In this document: positions 27,590 through 47,766 of the stretch, piece by piece
Position numbering within the stretch: position 1 is the stretch's first letter
Layout: every line of letters starts with the position of its first letter
Assembly (NCBI GenBank): GCA_964016885.1
Contig: OZ024740.1
Coordinates: 23,374,001-23,438,000 of the forward strand
Reading direction: 5' to 3'
DNA: 64,000 nt
From: Eledone cirrhosa
Lineage: Eukaryota
The notes under the pieces: model-generated
Database searches by the model: none
Told to the model about the DNA's origin: nothing
The model's input: only the letters and a program-made list of their open reading frames with translations
Made by a program: the position numbers and the translations under genes

Positions 27590-28580
27590 GGAGTAAGGGG
27601 GGAGTTCAGGCCGGGGGGAGTGTGGGTCTGTAAAATGAAGATAGTTCTTTGTTCGATTCTAAGGAGATTGGCGGGTGTTCCGTGGCATTGGAGTAGGCCA
27701 CAGACTGTGAGATGGCGTGCGGAATGTCCAGGGGCACCAAAGTGGCGGGTGATTGGGGAACTACCACCGAGACGAATATCCCGGAGGTGCTCAGTGAATC
27801 GGACCGCCAGGCGACGTCCCGTCTGTCCGACATAAGTCGTAGACTATGTTGGAGGAGGTGCAGCGGAAGGCATGCCGGACAGAGAGAGAGTGTGGCCGTT
27901 GGGACCCTGGAAGGTGGTGGTGTTGGTGATGTGGGGACAGGTGTTGCAGCGGGGCCTAGAACAGGGAAAGTAACCGGGGGGGAGGAAGAACGTGGGTTGA
28001 GGGTAGGGAGCTGTGAACGAGGAGGGTGCGGAGATTGCGTGCGCGTTTGAAGGAGGGGAGTGGTGGGGTTGGGAAGATGTGGGAGGTGGAGGGGTCGGAC
28101 TGGAGGCGTCGGAAGAGGCGGCGAATGGTGCGGTGGAGGGGTAAGGTGGAGGGGTGGTAGGTGATGGGGAAGGGGAGACGGTGGGTGGGTGTGCGGTGGC
28201 GTGGGGTGAGGGTGGTGGAACGGTGGACGGCACGGGCGCGGGTGAGAGCGGTGTGGACGAGAGAGGGGGGTAACCTCTGCGGATGAAATGGCTGACTAGG
28301 GAAAGGGCCTGGGACTCGAAGTCAGCATCTCGGCTACAGAGGCGGCGGATCCTGAGGAGTTGGGAGTAGGGAATGGAGTGTTTAGTGTGGGTGGGGTGAG
28401 AAGAGGTGAAGTCGTGGTAAGAGTGGGAGTCGGTGGGTTTGAAGAAGGCGGAGGTGACGAGGGAGTGGTGGGAGGGGTCGAAGGCGACGGAGATGTCTAA
28501 GAAGTGGACGTGGGTGGTGGAGATAGAGGTGAAGTGGAGGGAGGGGTGGAAGGAGCAGAAGAAGGAGAGGAAGGAGTCGA
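27590..28580 (-). pseudogene. PLE RT C-terminus plus GIY-YIG endonuclease, frameshifted
   Basis: HFLDI, FKPTDSHSY..SSHP..SIPYSQLLRIRRLCS..RGYP; FPCSRPRCNTCP; CTSSNIVY / YVGQTGRRLAVRFTEHLRDI..HF..E..PPGLN. Confidence 0.9.
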
Positions 28581-28582
28581 TA

Positions 28583-28651
<69 letters not shown>

Positions 28652-29074
28652 ATATATATATGTGTGTGTCTGTGTGTGTCTGTGTGTGTATATGCATAAG
28701 AAAAACACACAAACTCAGCCACACAGAAAGATAAGCCACATCCACACATATAGTACATTCTATTTGTAGGATATTTAAGAAACTAGTACTTTCATAGTCT
28801 TTGTTTATCAGAAGTTTTCATGTACGCCTAACAACACTAATTTTCCGACATGTGTACAGTGAAGATTAATGAGTAGAGTCCCTACATACAACTTATGAAA
28901 AGGGAAAATACATGCTTTTCTCAAAAACCATATGTAGCTGCTATGTGTTCAATATTCCATGAATGCCGTGTATATAAATTACCTCTATGTTTACATACTA
29001 AGGGATGTTTCTTCAGTAGTTACACACAAACACGCTATCTCTCTATACACACACACACGCACACACACACTCAC

Positions 29075-29140
<66 letters not shown>

Positions 29141-29202
29141 GCGCGTGCACACACACACACATATATATATACACACTCGCGTGCACACACACACACACAC
29201 AC

Positions 29203-29237
<35 letters not shown>

Positions 29238-29564
29238 CAAATATAAATTAGCGAGAATCGTATTTCGGCTTAGGAATTAACGAAAAACAACTTGCGAGGA
29301 GTGTGGCAAGCGGTCGATGATTCAGATGAACCAGAGCTACAACATACGTTAAAGGCCAAATACACTGAGACGATGGTTAAACAAACATCCGCGTAGCCAA
29401 AGGAACGACCAAGTAATTCGGGTCAAACAATAAAAATATATGTGATATAAAATTTACCCGTACCCTTGGAAGGTTGGTAAAATCTAGTATTTGGGCTTCT
29501 GCGACTCCTAAATCAAGTACTGTCCGCTTACATAAATAAATATATATATATATATATATATATA

Positions 29565-29694
29565 GGAACGAGTAGGACCCCGACGGCTGAGCTCAAGCCG
29601 TTTCTACTCGTTCCTATTACCCACTCTACTACCCTAAGTATTGAGTACTTTGGTGCGTTATGGTCCACCTGGTTCCTTACCACATTTCCTCCGT

Positions 29695-29695
<1 letters not shown>
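29565..29695 (+). mobile_element. family A insertion, internally shortened
   Basis: Same two termini as other copies; arms joined at TTTC|TACTCG. Confidence 0.85.
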
Positions 29696-29726
<31 letters not shown>

Positions 29727-30498
29727 TGTATATATGCATGTATTATGTAATGTATGTATTATGTATTCTGATTGTGTGTTTGTTTACATATCCACATATG
29801 TGTATATATGTTTGTGTATATGTCTGTATATATGTCTGTGTGTATGTCTGTGTGTGTATGTCTGTGTATATATATATATATGTGTATGTATATCTGTGTG
29901 TATATGTCTGTGTATATATGTATGTATATATGTCTGTGTGTATGTATATCTGTGTGTATATGTCTGTGTGTATATTTGTGTGTATATATGTCTGTCTATA
30001 TATATCTGTGTGTATATGTCTATGTATATCTGTGTATATATATATGTGGGTATATCACTTTGTATATGTCTGTGTGTATGTCTATATATATCTGTGTGTA
30101 TATGTCTATGTATATCTGTGTATATATATATATGTGGGTATATGACTCTGTATATGTCTCTGTAGATGTCTGCACCTGTATGTCGGCCAAAAGATGTGGT
30201 GATCCAGTCAGGCAACATTGGTCAACAAATGACGTAGTATTGTTTTATTATCTGGTCTTATTTCCAAGTCTTTGTCTCGCTGCTTTTATATCGGTAATTG
30301 CTGTAAACATTCCATCCCCCTCAGCTACAAACACATACACTTATATAAATGTGTCTATACACACATACATATATACATACATATATGCGAACCTAGATAT
30401 ACAAACATAAATATATAATATATAAAAATGAAATATACATATATATACATGTATATATAAGAGTGTGTGTAATATATAATATATAATATATATAATAT

Positions 30499-30604
<106 letters not shown>

Positions 30605-30668
30605 GTATATATAAATATATATATATATAAATATATATATAAATATAAATATATAAATATATATATAA

Positions 30669-30892
<224 letters not shown>

Positions 30893-31175
30893 GGCTCCAT
30901 GCATATGCATGCCCGTCTATATCTACAAGTTTTTCACAATAACCTTTGGAGAGTTACAGCTAGCTGTCAGCTATAAAAGATGTTTTATTAAAGTATTTAT
31001 GGCATTGCAACTAACACGACTTTGAGATATATATTTGTATGTTAGGTGCATAAAGTAAAGCGATTAAATATGCGAATGTATAGAAAGTTTTAAATGACAG
31101 AATTTCTGGCGCTTTTGGATGTGTACTGCCTTGGTTAAAGTTTAGAATAGCCTTGCTTATTTAATCACCAACACG

Positions 31176-31515
<340 letters not shown>

Positions 31516-31591
31516 TATGTATATGTATATATATATGGGGCGTGTAGCTGTTTTAATAAGCAAGGCTATATATATATATATATATATATAA

Positions 31592-32800
31592 ATGGAAAAA
31601 ATGAAACGAAATTTCATTTCTCATTCACTCTTAGTGCGGCTGTTACTTAAATATAAGTATGTATACGTACATACATATATGTATACAGACGTACAGTAGT
31701 ATGTATATATATATATACATGCACACATATATATATATATATATGTACGTATGGATTTACCGAACATTTATTATTATGCTCGGTTTGTTTGTAAACAAAC
31801 ATCCCGAATTAAGCCGTACAGTGTTTAGCAACCCAGTGTTCAACACTGACAAAGGAACAATGTATTAGCTTCAAGCTTATTAGTTATCGTCAGCAACGTA
31901 TACCTTCCTGTCAGATGATTGAACGTCTGAAAGTGTACACTTTCCTTATGCAAATTAACGGCTGAGCAGCCTAATTTGCATATCGAGTGAGTTCAGTCGG
32001 CCGGGCGCACCGAAAACGATAAACGGAAAAAAAGAAACGAAATTTCATTTCTCACCCACTCTTAGTACGGCTGTTACTTAAATATAAGTATGTATACGTA
32101 CATACATATATGTATACAGACGTACAGTAGTTTCAAGCTAATAAGCTTGAAACTAGTACATCGTTCCTTTGTCAGTGTTGAACAAAAGGGCAACGATGGT
32201 TGCTAAACATTGTACGGCTTAATTCGGGATGTTTGTTTACTAAAAAAACGAGCATTATAATAAATGTTCGGTAACTCCATACGTACATATATATATGTGT
32301 GCATGTGTATATATATATATACATACTACTGTACGTCTGTATACATATATGTATGTACGTATACATACTTATATTTAAGTAACAGCCGTACTAAGAGTGA
32401 GTGAGAAATGAAATTTCGTTTCATTTTTTCAATTTATCGTTTTCGGTGCGTCCGGCCGATTAACTCACTCGATATGCAAATTAGGCTGCTCAGCCGTTAA
32501 TATGCATAAGGAAAGTATATACTTTCAGACGTTCAATCATCTGGCAGGAAGGTAATAAGCTTGATAGCAAATAAACTTGAAACTAGTACATCTTTCCTTT
32601 GTCAGTGTTGAACAAAAGGGCAACGATGGTTGCTAAACACTGCACGGCTTAATTCGGGATGTTTGTTTACAAACAAACCGAGCATTATAATAAATGTTCG
32701 GTAAATCCATACGTACATATATATATATGTGTGCATGTATGTATATATATACATACTACTGTACGTCTGTATACATATATGTATGTACCTATACATACTT
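31592..32800. mobile_element. family I: non-coding ~431-bp hammerhead unit, tandem in both arms of an inversion
   Basis: AACGAAATTTCATTTC at ~31605 and ~32036; GAAACTAGTACA at 32150 and 32580; inversion at ~32128-32150. Confidence 0.9.
31857..31899 (-). ncRNA. type I hammerhead (this copy GAAG; consensus GAAA-CTAG-TA)
   Basis: Minus strand: ACGTTG-CTGACGA-TAACTAATAAGCTT-GAAG-CTAA-TA-CATTGT; inverted copies read AGCTT-GAAA-CTAG-TA-CATCGT. Confidence 0.7.
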
Positions 32801-32810
32801 ATATATATAG

Positions 32811-32844
<34 letters not shown>

Positions 32845-34631
32845 CTAGCAGTATTCCGATGATTTGATCAGAGACACACACTGTATTTAAGGTCGAGTGA
32901 CGCAACTTCGAGTGATTAGCGGCCTTTAGACTCACCTGATCAATGAAACAATTGTTAATAATGTAAATAAAACCCTTTTTGTACAGCCGACCATGTTATT
33001 CTTCACTCTTTCACTACTATTACTCCAAGAATAACCAGCATGGGAATTCTCGCAAACTCGCTGCCTAACTAAGGAAACCTCTTGTTGAGTCAAACAACTC
33101 CGTACGTTAAAACTATCCATAGCACAGAGTACTCACAACATCTAACTGGATTAGCTAAAACGATAACTTGTTATGCCGTATATATATATATATATATATA
33201 TCAAATTACAAAACATGAGGAAATAATAGACAAAAATATACCTATATTTTCTTGAAAGTCCAGACTGTTTATTTCGTAGCAAGTGAGAATTTCTCTTGAG
33301 GCGGGGAGAGAGATAAACACATGATATATATATATATATACATTTTTGCTTGTGTTTGTGTATGTGCGCGAATATTAGACATACAAATGGATATAACAGT
33401 GCTATCAAAACAAATGATATAACTATTTGTATGTACAGAGTAGATTGGCCCTGCATCTTACACGGTCAACTAATTGACCGACCCATTTCTCAACACACTT
33501 TTCAAAAACCACGTGTATTGAAAACCCTTAGATACACTTACCTATGTAATCTCAGCTTCTGTGAGGGTTGAGAAACGCCAAGAAGTGATAACGGAAAGTT
33601 TTCAACTTTTCTCCCTAAAATTATGTATTGCGGTGTTTTGTTTTTTATGTTTTTTTTTTGCTGTTGTTGCTGTTCCTGCTCCTAGTGTTGTTTATCTTTC
33701 TTTTATTGTTGTTATTTTTACGGTTGTTTTCAAAGCTATTACTATTTTCTATTTTTATTTCAGTATCTATGGACGACATGTTTAAAATGTATAAATTGTG
33801 GGCCAGCTGTACGTAAAATTAGATTATTAAACGCGTCCTTTTTGCTTTAGGAAATTCGAAATTAATGAGAGAGATATGGCTGCTGAGGAACATATAGCTG
33901 CCAATAGAAACCACCGAGTAAGAGATTAATGGATCAGCCTTTGTAATCTTTCTTTTTGTGGTAATATTTATCTTCCAAACACCAAATGTTATACAATGAT
34001 GGAAATATTTAAAAAATGATAAAAACTAAATTAAGTATTAGAAAAAAATGGGAAGGGTTAAAGAAGGGTAGATCTGGCGGTATAGCAAAGTAAAGGAAAG
34101 GATTATAAATAAAACAAATCCAAAGAAAAGGTGGGAAGAGCAAGTACTATAGGGAATGATTAAGGACTATTAGGCAAAGAAGAAAGAATCGGAGAAGAGA
34201 GGGTTACCGAATCTAAATCTAGGTCGGGTTGGTGTTTCGGCTGCGCTATAATAGACCCGTCATCTTAACTGTGGCATTAAGTACGCATTCGTGCGCTCAA
34301 CAATATTAGCGAATATATGTGAAAGATTAAAAAGAAAGAAAAAAAATAGAAAGATAAGCGAGAGTGAGAAAAGGAAGAAACAGAAAATATTTTTGTGGAT
34401 AGAAATCACGTATGTATTTAAACACACGTGATTTCTCGCCACAAAAGGTTTTTCTCCGTTTCTTCCATTTTTTACTCTCATCTATCTTTTTATTTAATCT
34501 TCTATTTCTCATTCTATATTTTGACAAAGGACCAACATCCAAAACGTTAAGACTCTTTTACTATATTATATCGAGATATGTATTTTCATTGCATTGTATC
34601 GTTTTCCAGGGTTATTTATTCGTATAAGTTT

Positions 34632-34698
<67 letters not shown>

Positions 34699-35289
34699 TG
34701 CTTATGATTCACAGTTGAAAAGCTCAATGGACATTTGTCCAAAGCATCAATAATTGAAATAAAAGGATATATATATATATAGAGAGAGAGCGAGAGGGGG
34801 GGGAGGGAGAGAGAGAGAAAGAGCCATATATTGTTTGAGAAAGACAGTATTTTGTACATATATATAAAGACCATAATATTTAGTAAAAAATACGTACTTT
34901 AAGGTGGAAGAAGTTTTTCTTTCCTTATTGTACCATTTCATTGCTCGTAAACTGTAACAAAAACCGTTCTAAGTAATCGATCATCGATTAATAACTATCG
35001 ATTTTGGTAAAGCTACGGGAGACGCGAAACTAATCATCAAAGGATTTCGTTTATTGGATAAGTTCCAATAGAGTATAGAGTACAAAATACTTTCATATCT
35101 GTCGGGATCCGAGATCCGAGATCCGAGGTCAAAACCGTAGACAGCCTGGTATGAAAATGTTTTAACTGTGGCAACAGATAAAAACAGGACTGGACGTCGG
35201 ATCCGTTAGAATGAGTTGGGAAGTACTAGTCACAGTATAAGCAGCCCAACAAATTAAGAATTTTGAACACTTATATATATATATATATA

Positions 35290-35427
35290 GTAATAATAAT
35301 AATAGTAATAATAATAAATGTGAAGACTAAAATCCAAAGAGGGCTCGATAAGGATAAATATATATCAAATATATAATTACTTTCAGAAGATCCCGTTAAG
35401 GGTGAATGCAGCGACTATTTGGTGTTA

Positions 35428-35434
<7 letters not shown>
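35290..35434 (-). mobile_element. family M insertion
   Basis: Shared tail; CAGAAGA-TCCC gttaa GGGT-GAAT degenerate hammerhead. Confidence 0.7.
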
Positions 35435-35475
<41 letters not shown>

Positions 35476-35476
<1 letters not shown>

Positions 35477-36084
35477 TGGCTGCCAACTCGTTTTCGAGTA
35501 CGGCCAATACTTTATATCCATCTAGGAGAACCCCTACCGATGCGCTGAACGAATATGACTTTTTAGTCCAGCCAGCGACTTGAAAACTCTGGTACAAACA
35601 CTACACCTGTGACAATTATTGACACATAGTGCTGGGCCCATGGTACCATGTAACGACAAGTGCAGAAAGATCTCCAGATACAAAGCAATGCCTGTGCCGT
35701 GAAGCCTTTATAGTGAGCAAAGGCACTGCACAAAGCCAGTCCCACTCCCTTAACCAAGATGATATTTACCAAAAAGAAGAACAAGTCAACATCATTGGAT
35801 ACCATCATGGTTGCAGGTGTTATATCAGAGTTTTCCTTCTCCTAGAATTCTGCCTTGACAAAGGCTAAGGGGTCATCTCTCCCGGTGATTTTGGATGACC
35901 ATTGACGCTTAAGAGCTCCTTTGCCCTTTGACAGGTTTTGTTTTTAGTCCTGCAGGATGTCCAAAGTCACCCTCCTCACCAAGAAACCTTGGTGGGGTTG
36001 CCAGTTTAGTCGCCAACGACCCGACCATGAGACAGGTTGTACTGGGATACATGTTACCAGTAGCACCAACTGGTGATCTGACAC
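35476..36084 (-). mobile_element. RTE-like LINE 5'-UTR-type fragment
   Basis: Minus strand has GGACTAAAAACAAAACC and GGCAGAATTCTAGGAGAAGGAAAACTCTGA, recalled as RTE 5'-UTR motifs; no ORF support. Confidence 0.45.
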
Positions 36085-36093
36085 ATATATATA

Positions 36094-36230
36094 CGTTATT
36101 CCGGGTTGAATCGGAGGTAACCACAGTAAGTAAAGTACTCAATACATAGCAGAGTATAAAAGTTTTAATATTCCTGATGATTTCTAAAGAATGAAACAGT
36201 TCTAGTCCTGTAGAATTTCATCTATATTAA

Positions 36231-36234
<4 letters not shown>
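36094..36234 (-). mobile_element. family E tail plus hammerhead arm insertion
   Basis: Tail with AGTACTCAA; AGTTTTAATA/TATTAAAACT inverted ends; TA-rich flanks. Confidence 0.75.
36170..36216 (+). ncRNA. type I hammerhead ribozyme
   Basis: ATTC-CTGATGA-TTTC taaa GAAT-GAAA-CAG ttctagtc CTG-TA-GAAT. Confidence 0.7.
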
Positions 36235-36263
<29 letters not shown>

Positions 36264-36270
<7 letters not shown>

Positions 36271-36853
36271 ATACTTTGGGAGGGTCATGTTGTTTGTTCT
36301 ATGTGCGTGTGTGATTTCATTTTGTCCTTAATTGTAAGTTGTGATGTTGCTGTTCCATTCATGTTCTATTCATGAATGGAACAGCAACATCACAACTTAC
36401 AATTAAGGACAAAATGAAAACACACACAGAACAAACAACCAACCAGTAACATGTAAATAAACAAATTAATAAACAAATCTAAACACACACAGACACCCGG
36501 ATGTAACACATGCGCAAACTAGGCACACAACACACACAAAAACAAGCTGGCGTAGGACAGAACAAAGGAGCGGCACAAAAACAAAGAAAAGAATCCCCAG
36601 TCACTGAAGAGATCACAGAATGTGTGACGAAAGAACTTTGACAATATATAAACAATCATCTGGTTGTGGAACCAACCAACCAACCGGAAATTTATAAATT
36701 CCTAAATTTATAAATTTATTATAATAAATTGAAGTGAAAGTTACTGGTGCGTATGTTTCTTATTGGCAACATGACCCTCCCAAAGTATAACAATATCGGT
36801 TTCAACACACGTTTTCAGATAAAAAATCTTGCTAAACAAATTCAGAAACGAAA
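36264..36853 (+). mobile_element. family C (Naiad-like 3' end) foldback insertion with tail
   Basis: TATTGTTATACTTTGGGAGGGTCAT/ATGACCCTCCCAAAGTATAACAATA ends; contains the last endonuclease codons (HEWNSNITTYN*), compare NEWNNN at ~9070. Confidence 0.88.
36600..36642 (+). ncRNA. type I hammerhead ribozyme
   Basis: GTCA-CTGAAGA-GATCACA gaatg TGTGAC-GAAA-GAAC-TT-TGAC. Confidence 0.75.
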
Positions 36854-36871
36854 TATATATATATATATATA

Positions 36872-37008
36872 TATAATATAAAATCAAAAGATGGTTAAAA
36901 GAGTTCCATCTTTTGATTTTATATTATTTATACTCCACTTCTATAAACTGTTGAGTGCTACTTATCTGATATTTGCATTGCTTTATTGTGCTACGATAAA
37001 ACTCACCT

Positions 37009-37010
<2 letters not shown>
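36872..37010 (+). mobile_element. family J mini hairpin plus tail
   Basis: ATAATATAAAATCAAAAGATGG/CCATCTTTTGATTTTATATTAT plus a tail matching the reverse complement of 37919-38000. Confidence 0.85.
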
Positions 37011-37050
<40 letters not shown>

Positions 37051-37089
37051 TATAGATATATATATATATATAGCGAGTTATATAGCAGT

Positions 37090-37123
<34 letters not shown>

Positions 37124-37134
37124 GCGAGAGAGAG

Positions 37135-37210
<76 letters not shown>

Positions 37211-37470
37211 AGAGTGTGTGCGTGTGAAAAGGAGAGAGAGAGAAGTATAATCCCAACGCGACGGTAAGCGGTTTTGGCTTGAGTGTTCAAAGATCCTTGC
37301 TGAAAACACACCGAAACTGTTTGGCGTCGTGGTCTGGTTTATAATTTTATCTATATCCACTCTGCATTTCTCCCTGTATTGAGCAATCCCATGATTTGCG
37401 GTCCCTTTCCTCCGTCTCAGCACCGCAATTCCTTTCACTCTCTCTCTGTATATATATATATGTATATATA

Positions 37471-37860
37471 GTAACGTTGCTTGGATGCGTCCATAGGCGG
37501 TATGCCGGTTGAGCACTCTATGCTCCTTCTGAGCAGAGTATGATAATATGGAAAACGAAGAATCGGTGATGCATCGGAACACAAATTTATTACGTTTTAC
37601 AAATGTTTCTCCGGCGAACAGCTCGAGGTGCGATCTGTTTGTGGATCGAACCTGACTTTGGATTCGCAAATTCCTCAGATACGTCTAGTGACTTCGAAGC
37701 AAATCCTCTTTCTAGAGAGGATTTGCTTCGAAAGAGGATTTGCTTCGAAAGAGGATTTGCTTCGATCCACAAACAGATTGCACCTCGAGCTCTTCGCCGG
37801 AGAAACATTTGTAATACGTAATAAATTTGTGTTCCGATGCATTACCGATTCTTCGTTTTC

Positions 37861-37867
<7 letters not shown>
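37471..37867 (-). mobile_element. family K foldback insertion; tail on the left
   Basis: Arms ~37543-37650 and ~37761-37867; tail with AGCACTCTA; centre has GAGGATTTGCTTCGAAA three times plus one inverted copy. Confidence 0.8.
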
Positions 37868-37921
<54 letters not shown>

Positions 37922-38239
37922 AGGTGAGTTTTATTGTAGCACAATAAAGCAATGCAAATATCGGATAAGTAGCACTCTACAGTTTGTAGGACTGGAGTAT
38001 AAATAATATAAGATCAAAAGATGGGTAATAGAGTTCCAAGTATTTTATTATGCCCATTTCAAAAACAAATATCATCATGGGATGATATCTGCGTTCTCAT
38101 CAGATAAAATAGGGAGACATGATATGAAGCTTAAAAAACACTTGTGAGCAGTGAAGTTTTAAATCAACATATGAAAAATAAATTAAGATGGGTGTATGAG
38201 ATTGGGGGGGGGGGAGGTAAGGAAGAGGTAGAAATAACT

Positions 38240-38518
38240 GATACTAATTCTTTTACCTATTTCGGTTCCACTTCCACTTCCTTCAAAGCTAGATTTTATA
38301 ATCACAAATCGTCTTCGAAATACCAACTTGAAAGAACTAACACGGCACTCTCGGAACTCATATGGTCCTTAAAAGACAAACATATTAACTATAACATCTC
38401 TTGGAGGAAGGTTTGTTCCGCCTTTCCTTACCTGAATTCTTCCCTATCCAGAACATGTAATCTCTGCCTAGCCGAGAAATTTACCATTATATCTAATTTC
38501 AATTCTATAATAAATTGA
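38240..38518 (+). pseudogene. GIY-YIG endonuclease fragment with C-terminal CxLC..EK motif
   Basis: YFGSTSTSFKARFYNHKSS..TALSELIWSLK..ISW..CNLCLAEKFTI. Confidence 0.8.
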
Positions 38519-39734
38519 CGCACAGATTTATTTTCGCTCTGCTTGCATACATTCCATAGAACATTCCATAAAGTATTCAGCTAATATCTCAATACCCTAT
38601 TAGTTAAAATCCTCTTCTCTCAAAGGCTTATATATCTTTTACAAATATACCCATCTTTCTACCTTATTTCAGTATTATATATTATATAATACAATTTACT
38701 CATTCTATGTCATTCTTCTTTATCATTTTCCTTTCTTCCTTTTTTCTTTTTTAATTTCTAATCTCTAATCTGTACTTTTTCTTCCCAATTACTTCTCAAT
38801 TCATATTATTACTCACTACAGCATTATCCATTCTTCCATCTTTCCTCATATTATTGGCCATTAAAACTATATTTTTTTAATACATTATAATATTACCATT
38901 AGAAGATTTCCGTAAAACATATAAACTTTTTTGACGTTAGATATTCTTTTCTTCTTTCTTCTCTCCTTCCCTGCTCGTTTTAAACCCACTACTTACTTTT
39001 ACTTTTACATATTACAATACATAAAAACAAACTTAAACCCCAACTTATTTCTTTTTAATATTTTATAATATTACCATTAGAAAATATTTCGTAAACATAT
39101 ATACTTTTTGACGTTAGATATTTTCTTCCTTAAACATTCTTTTTCTTCTCTCCTTCCATACTCATTTTAAACATACTATTTACGTATACATATTACAATA
39201 CATAATAACAAGCTTAAATCCTAACTAATTCCTCTAAATTCATAACTCATTTATTCTTCTCCTTCTTTTCACATTATATCCTTAATATCCTTAATATTTT
39301 TATCTTAATAATACATATTAATAAATTCTTTTCTTCGCACATATTATTAACCCCTTCAATATACAAACCTTAATTTAATACTATTCTTAATTCCTTTTTC
39401 TTCATGCATACACCTCATTAACTTTTAACTTCAAAATCTTTTAAATTATCTATTATCTTCCAACGGTGTTTTAATTTCTTTCTGTGAGACAATATTTTCT
39501 CAGTTGTAAAGGCTATCTCTCTCTCTCTCTATCACCCATTTCTCCTCCTCTCTCATCTTTCGTTCCTATACTCCTCCGCCACCATCCTTTACTCTTATTT
39601 CTTCCTCTTCCTTACCCCCAACCCCACCCCGCACTTTTTCCCAATCTCATACATCCATCTTAATTTATTTTTCATATGTTGATTTAAAAATACACTGCTC
39701 ACACGTGTTTTTTAAGCTTCATATCATGTCTCCC

Positions 39735-39805
39735 TATTTTATCTGATGAGAACGCAGATATCATCCCATGATGATATTTGTTTTTGAAATGCGCATAATA
39801 AAATA
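39735..39805 (+). ncRNA. intact type I hammerhead ribozyme (mirror copy 38041-38111 on the minus strand)
   Basis: TATTTTAT-CTGATGA-GAACGCAGATATCATC ccat GATGATATTTGTTTTT-GAAA-TGCGCA-TA-ATAAAATA. Confidence 0.9.
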
Positions 39806-39833
39806 CTTGGAACTCTTTTAACCAACTTTTGAT

Positions 39834-40237
<404 letters not shown>

Positions 40238-40274
40238 TATATATATATATATATATAAAATATATATATATATA

Positions 40275-40462
40275 GGAACGAGTAGGACCCCGACGGCTGA
40301 GCTCAAGCCGTTTCGACGTCTAATGAGTCCAGAATTAGCCGTCGAAACGGCTTGAGCTCAGCCGTCGGGGTCCTACTCGTTCCTATTACCCACACTACAA
40401 CCCTAAGTATTGAGTACTTTGGTGCGTTATGGTCCACCTGGTTCCTTACCACATTTCCTCCG

Positions 40463-40464
<2 letters not shown>
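40275..40464 (+). mobile_element. family A insertion retaining most of a hammerhead
   Basis: CTAATGA-G..C-GAAA-CGGCT tgagctc AGCCG-TC-GGGGTCCT at 40320-40374, with a GUC cleavage triplet. Confidence 0.85.
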
Positions 40465-40512
<48 letters not shown>

Positions 40513-40514
40513 AT

Positions 40515-40830
40515 TTAAGTTAAACAAGGTTCAATGAATAAATCAAAGAATGAGTTTTACAATAGATATGAAACACTCAACAGCAATGGTTTTCCAAAGT
40601 TATTAATATTAATTCAAAAATATTAACAAAATTGATATTAATAGATGGTTAAGATTCAGTCATCTACCATGACTGAATCTTAACCATCTACTATGTCTGG
40701 GTATGTCATGCATCATCTTATTTTATCTGATGAGGACGTACTGTTGAAGTTAACTCAGTACCTCTGAAATATGTATAATAAAATATACTTGATCACAAGA
40801 ACATCTATTTATCATATTTTGAATTAATAT
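40515..40830 (-). mobile_element. family D insertion: tail at left, internal 22-bp hairpin, hammerhead arm
   Basis: AACACTCAA tail motif; TAGATGGTTAAGATTCAGTCAT/ATGACTGAATCTTAACCATCTA hairpin; ATATTAATTCAAAA/TTTTGAATTAATAT ends. Confidence 0.8.
40719..40785 (+). ncRNA. type I hammerhead ribozyme
   Basis: TATTTTAT-CTGATGA-GGACGTACTG..CAGTACCTCT-GAAA-T atgt A-TA-ATAAAATA. Confidence 0.85.
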
Positions 40831-40844
40831 ATATATATATATAT

Positions 40845-41007
40845 AACGAAGGAAGTGTGGTAAGGAACCACGTGTACCGTAACGCACTTAGGGTAATAGA
40901 GTGGGTAATAGGAAAATGTTCAAGACCCCGAACGTAGGCTCAAGCTGTTTCGACGGCTATTTCTTAGTCCAGCATGAGCTCTGCCGTCGGGGTCTTGAAT
41001 ATTTTCC
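40845..41007 (-). mobile_element. family A variant
   Basis: AACGAAGGAAGTGTGGTAAGGAACCA is the reverse-complemented tail; GGAAAATGTTCAAGACCCCG/CGGGGTCTTGAATATTTTCC arms. Confidence 0.8.
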
Positions 41008-41144
41008 TATATACATATATATATACATGTGTGTGTGAGAGTGCGTGTGCGAATCTGTATATAGGAGAGAGAATTGTGAAAGGTGAAAACGAGAAGTAGA
41101 ATCTATTCTGAGGAGTTGGAGTAAAGTTTGCTGCTTTGCAATAA

Positions 41145-47375
<6,231 letters not shown>

Positions 47376-47549
47376 TTAAGCATGAAATGAAATAGTGAAA
47401 GAAGTGAAAAGGTGGAGTAGTAGTTTCAGTAGAGGTTATAGAAGAGTGGCAGAATGGTGGGGCGGGTGGTACTGAATGGAGGGAAGAAGGAGGATGGTAG
47501 GAGGACGGCTATTGGCAGAAAGGATTGCAAATAACAGCAATGGTGGTGA

Positions 47550-47646
<97 letters not shown>

Positions 47647-47728
47647 TAGTAGTGGCGGTGATAGTAGTAGTAGTAGTAGTAGTAGTAGTAGCTATAGTAG
47701 TAGTAGTAGTAGTTAGTAGTGGCGGTGA

Positions 47729-47766
<38 letters not shown>

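Larger units (their letters stand above)
26039..28582 (-). mobile_element. Penelope-like retroelement, probably Neptune-type; 5'-truncated, in (TA)n
   Basis: RT thumb, Cys linker, GIY-YIG and a long CA-rich 3' UTR with a CTGAGGA-AGGGC ttat GCCC-GAAA-CGTCG motif. Confidence 0.9.
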
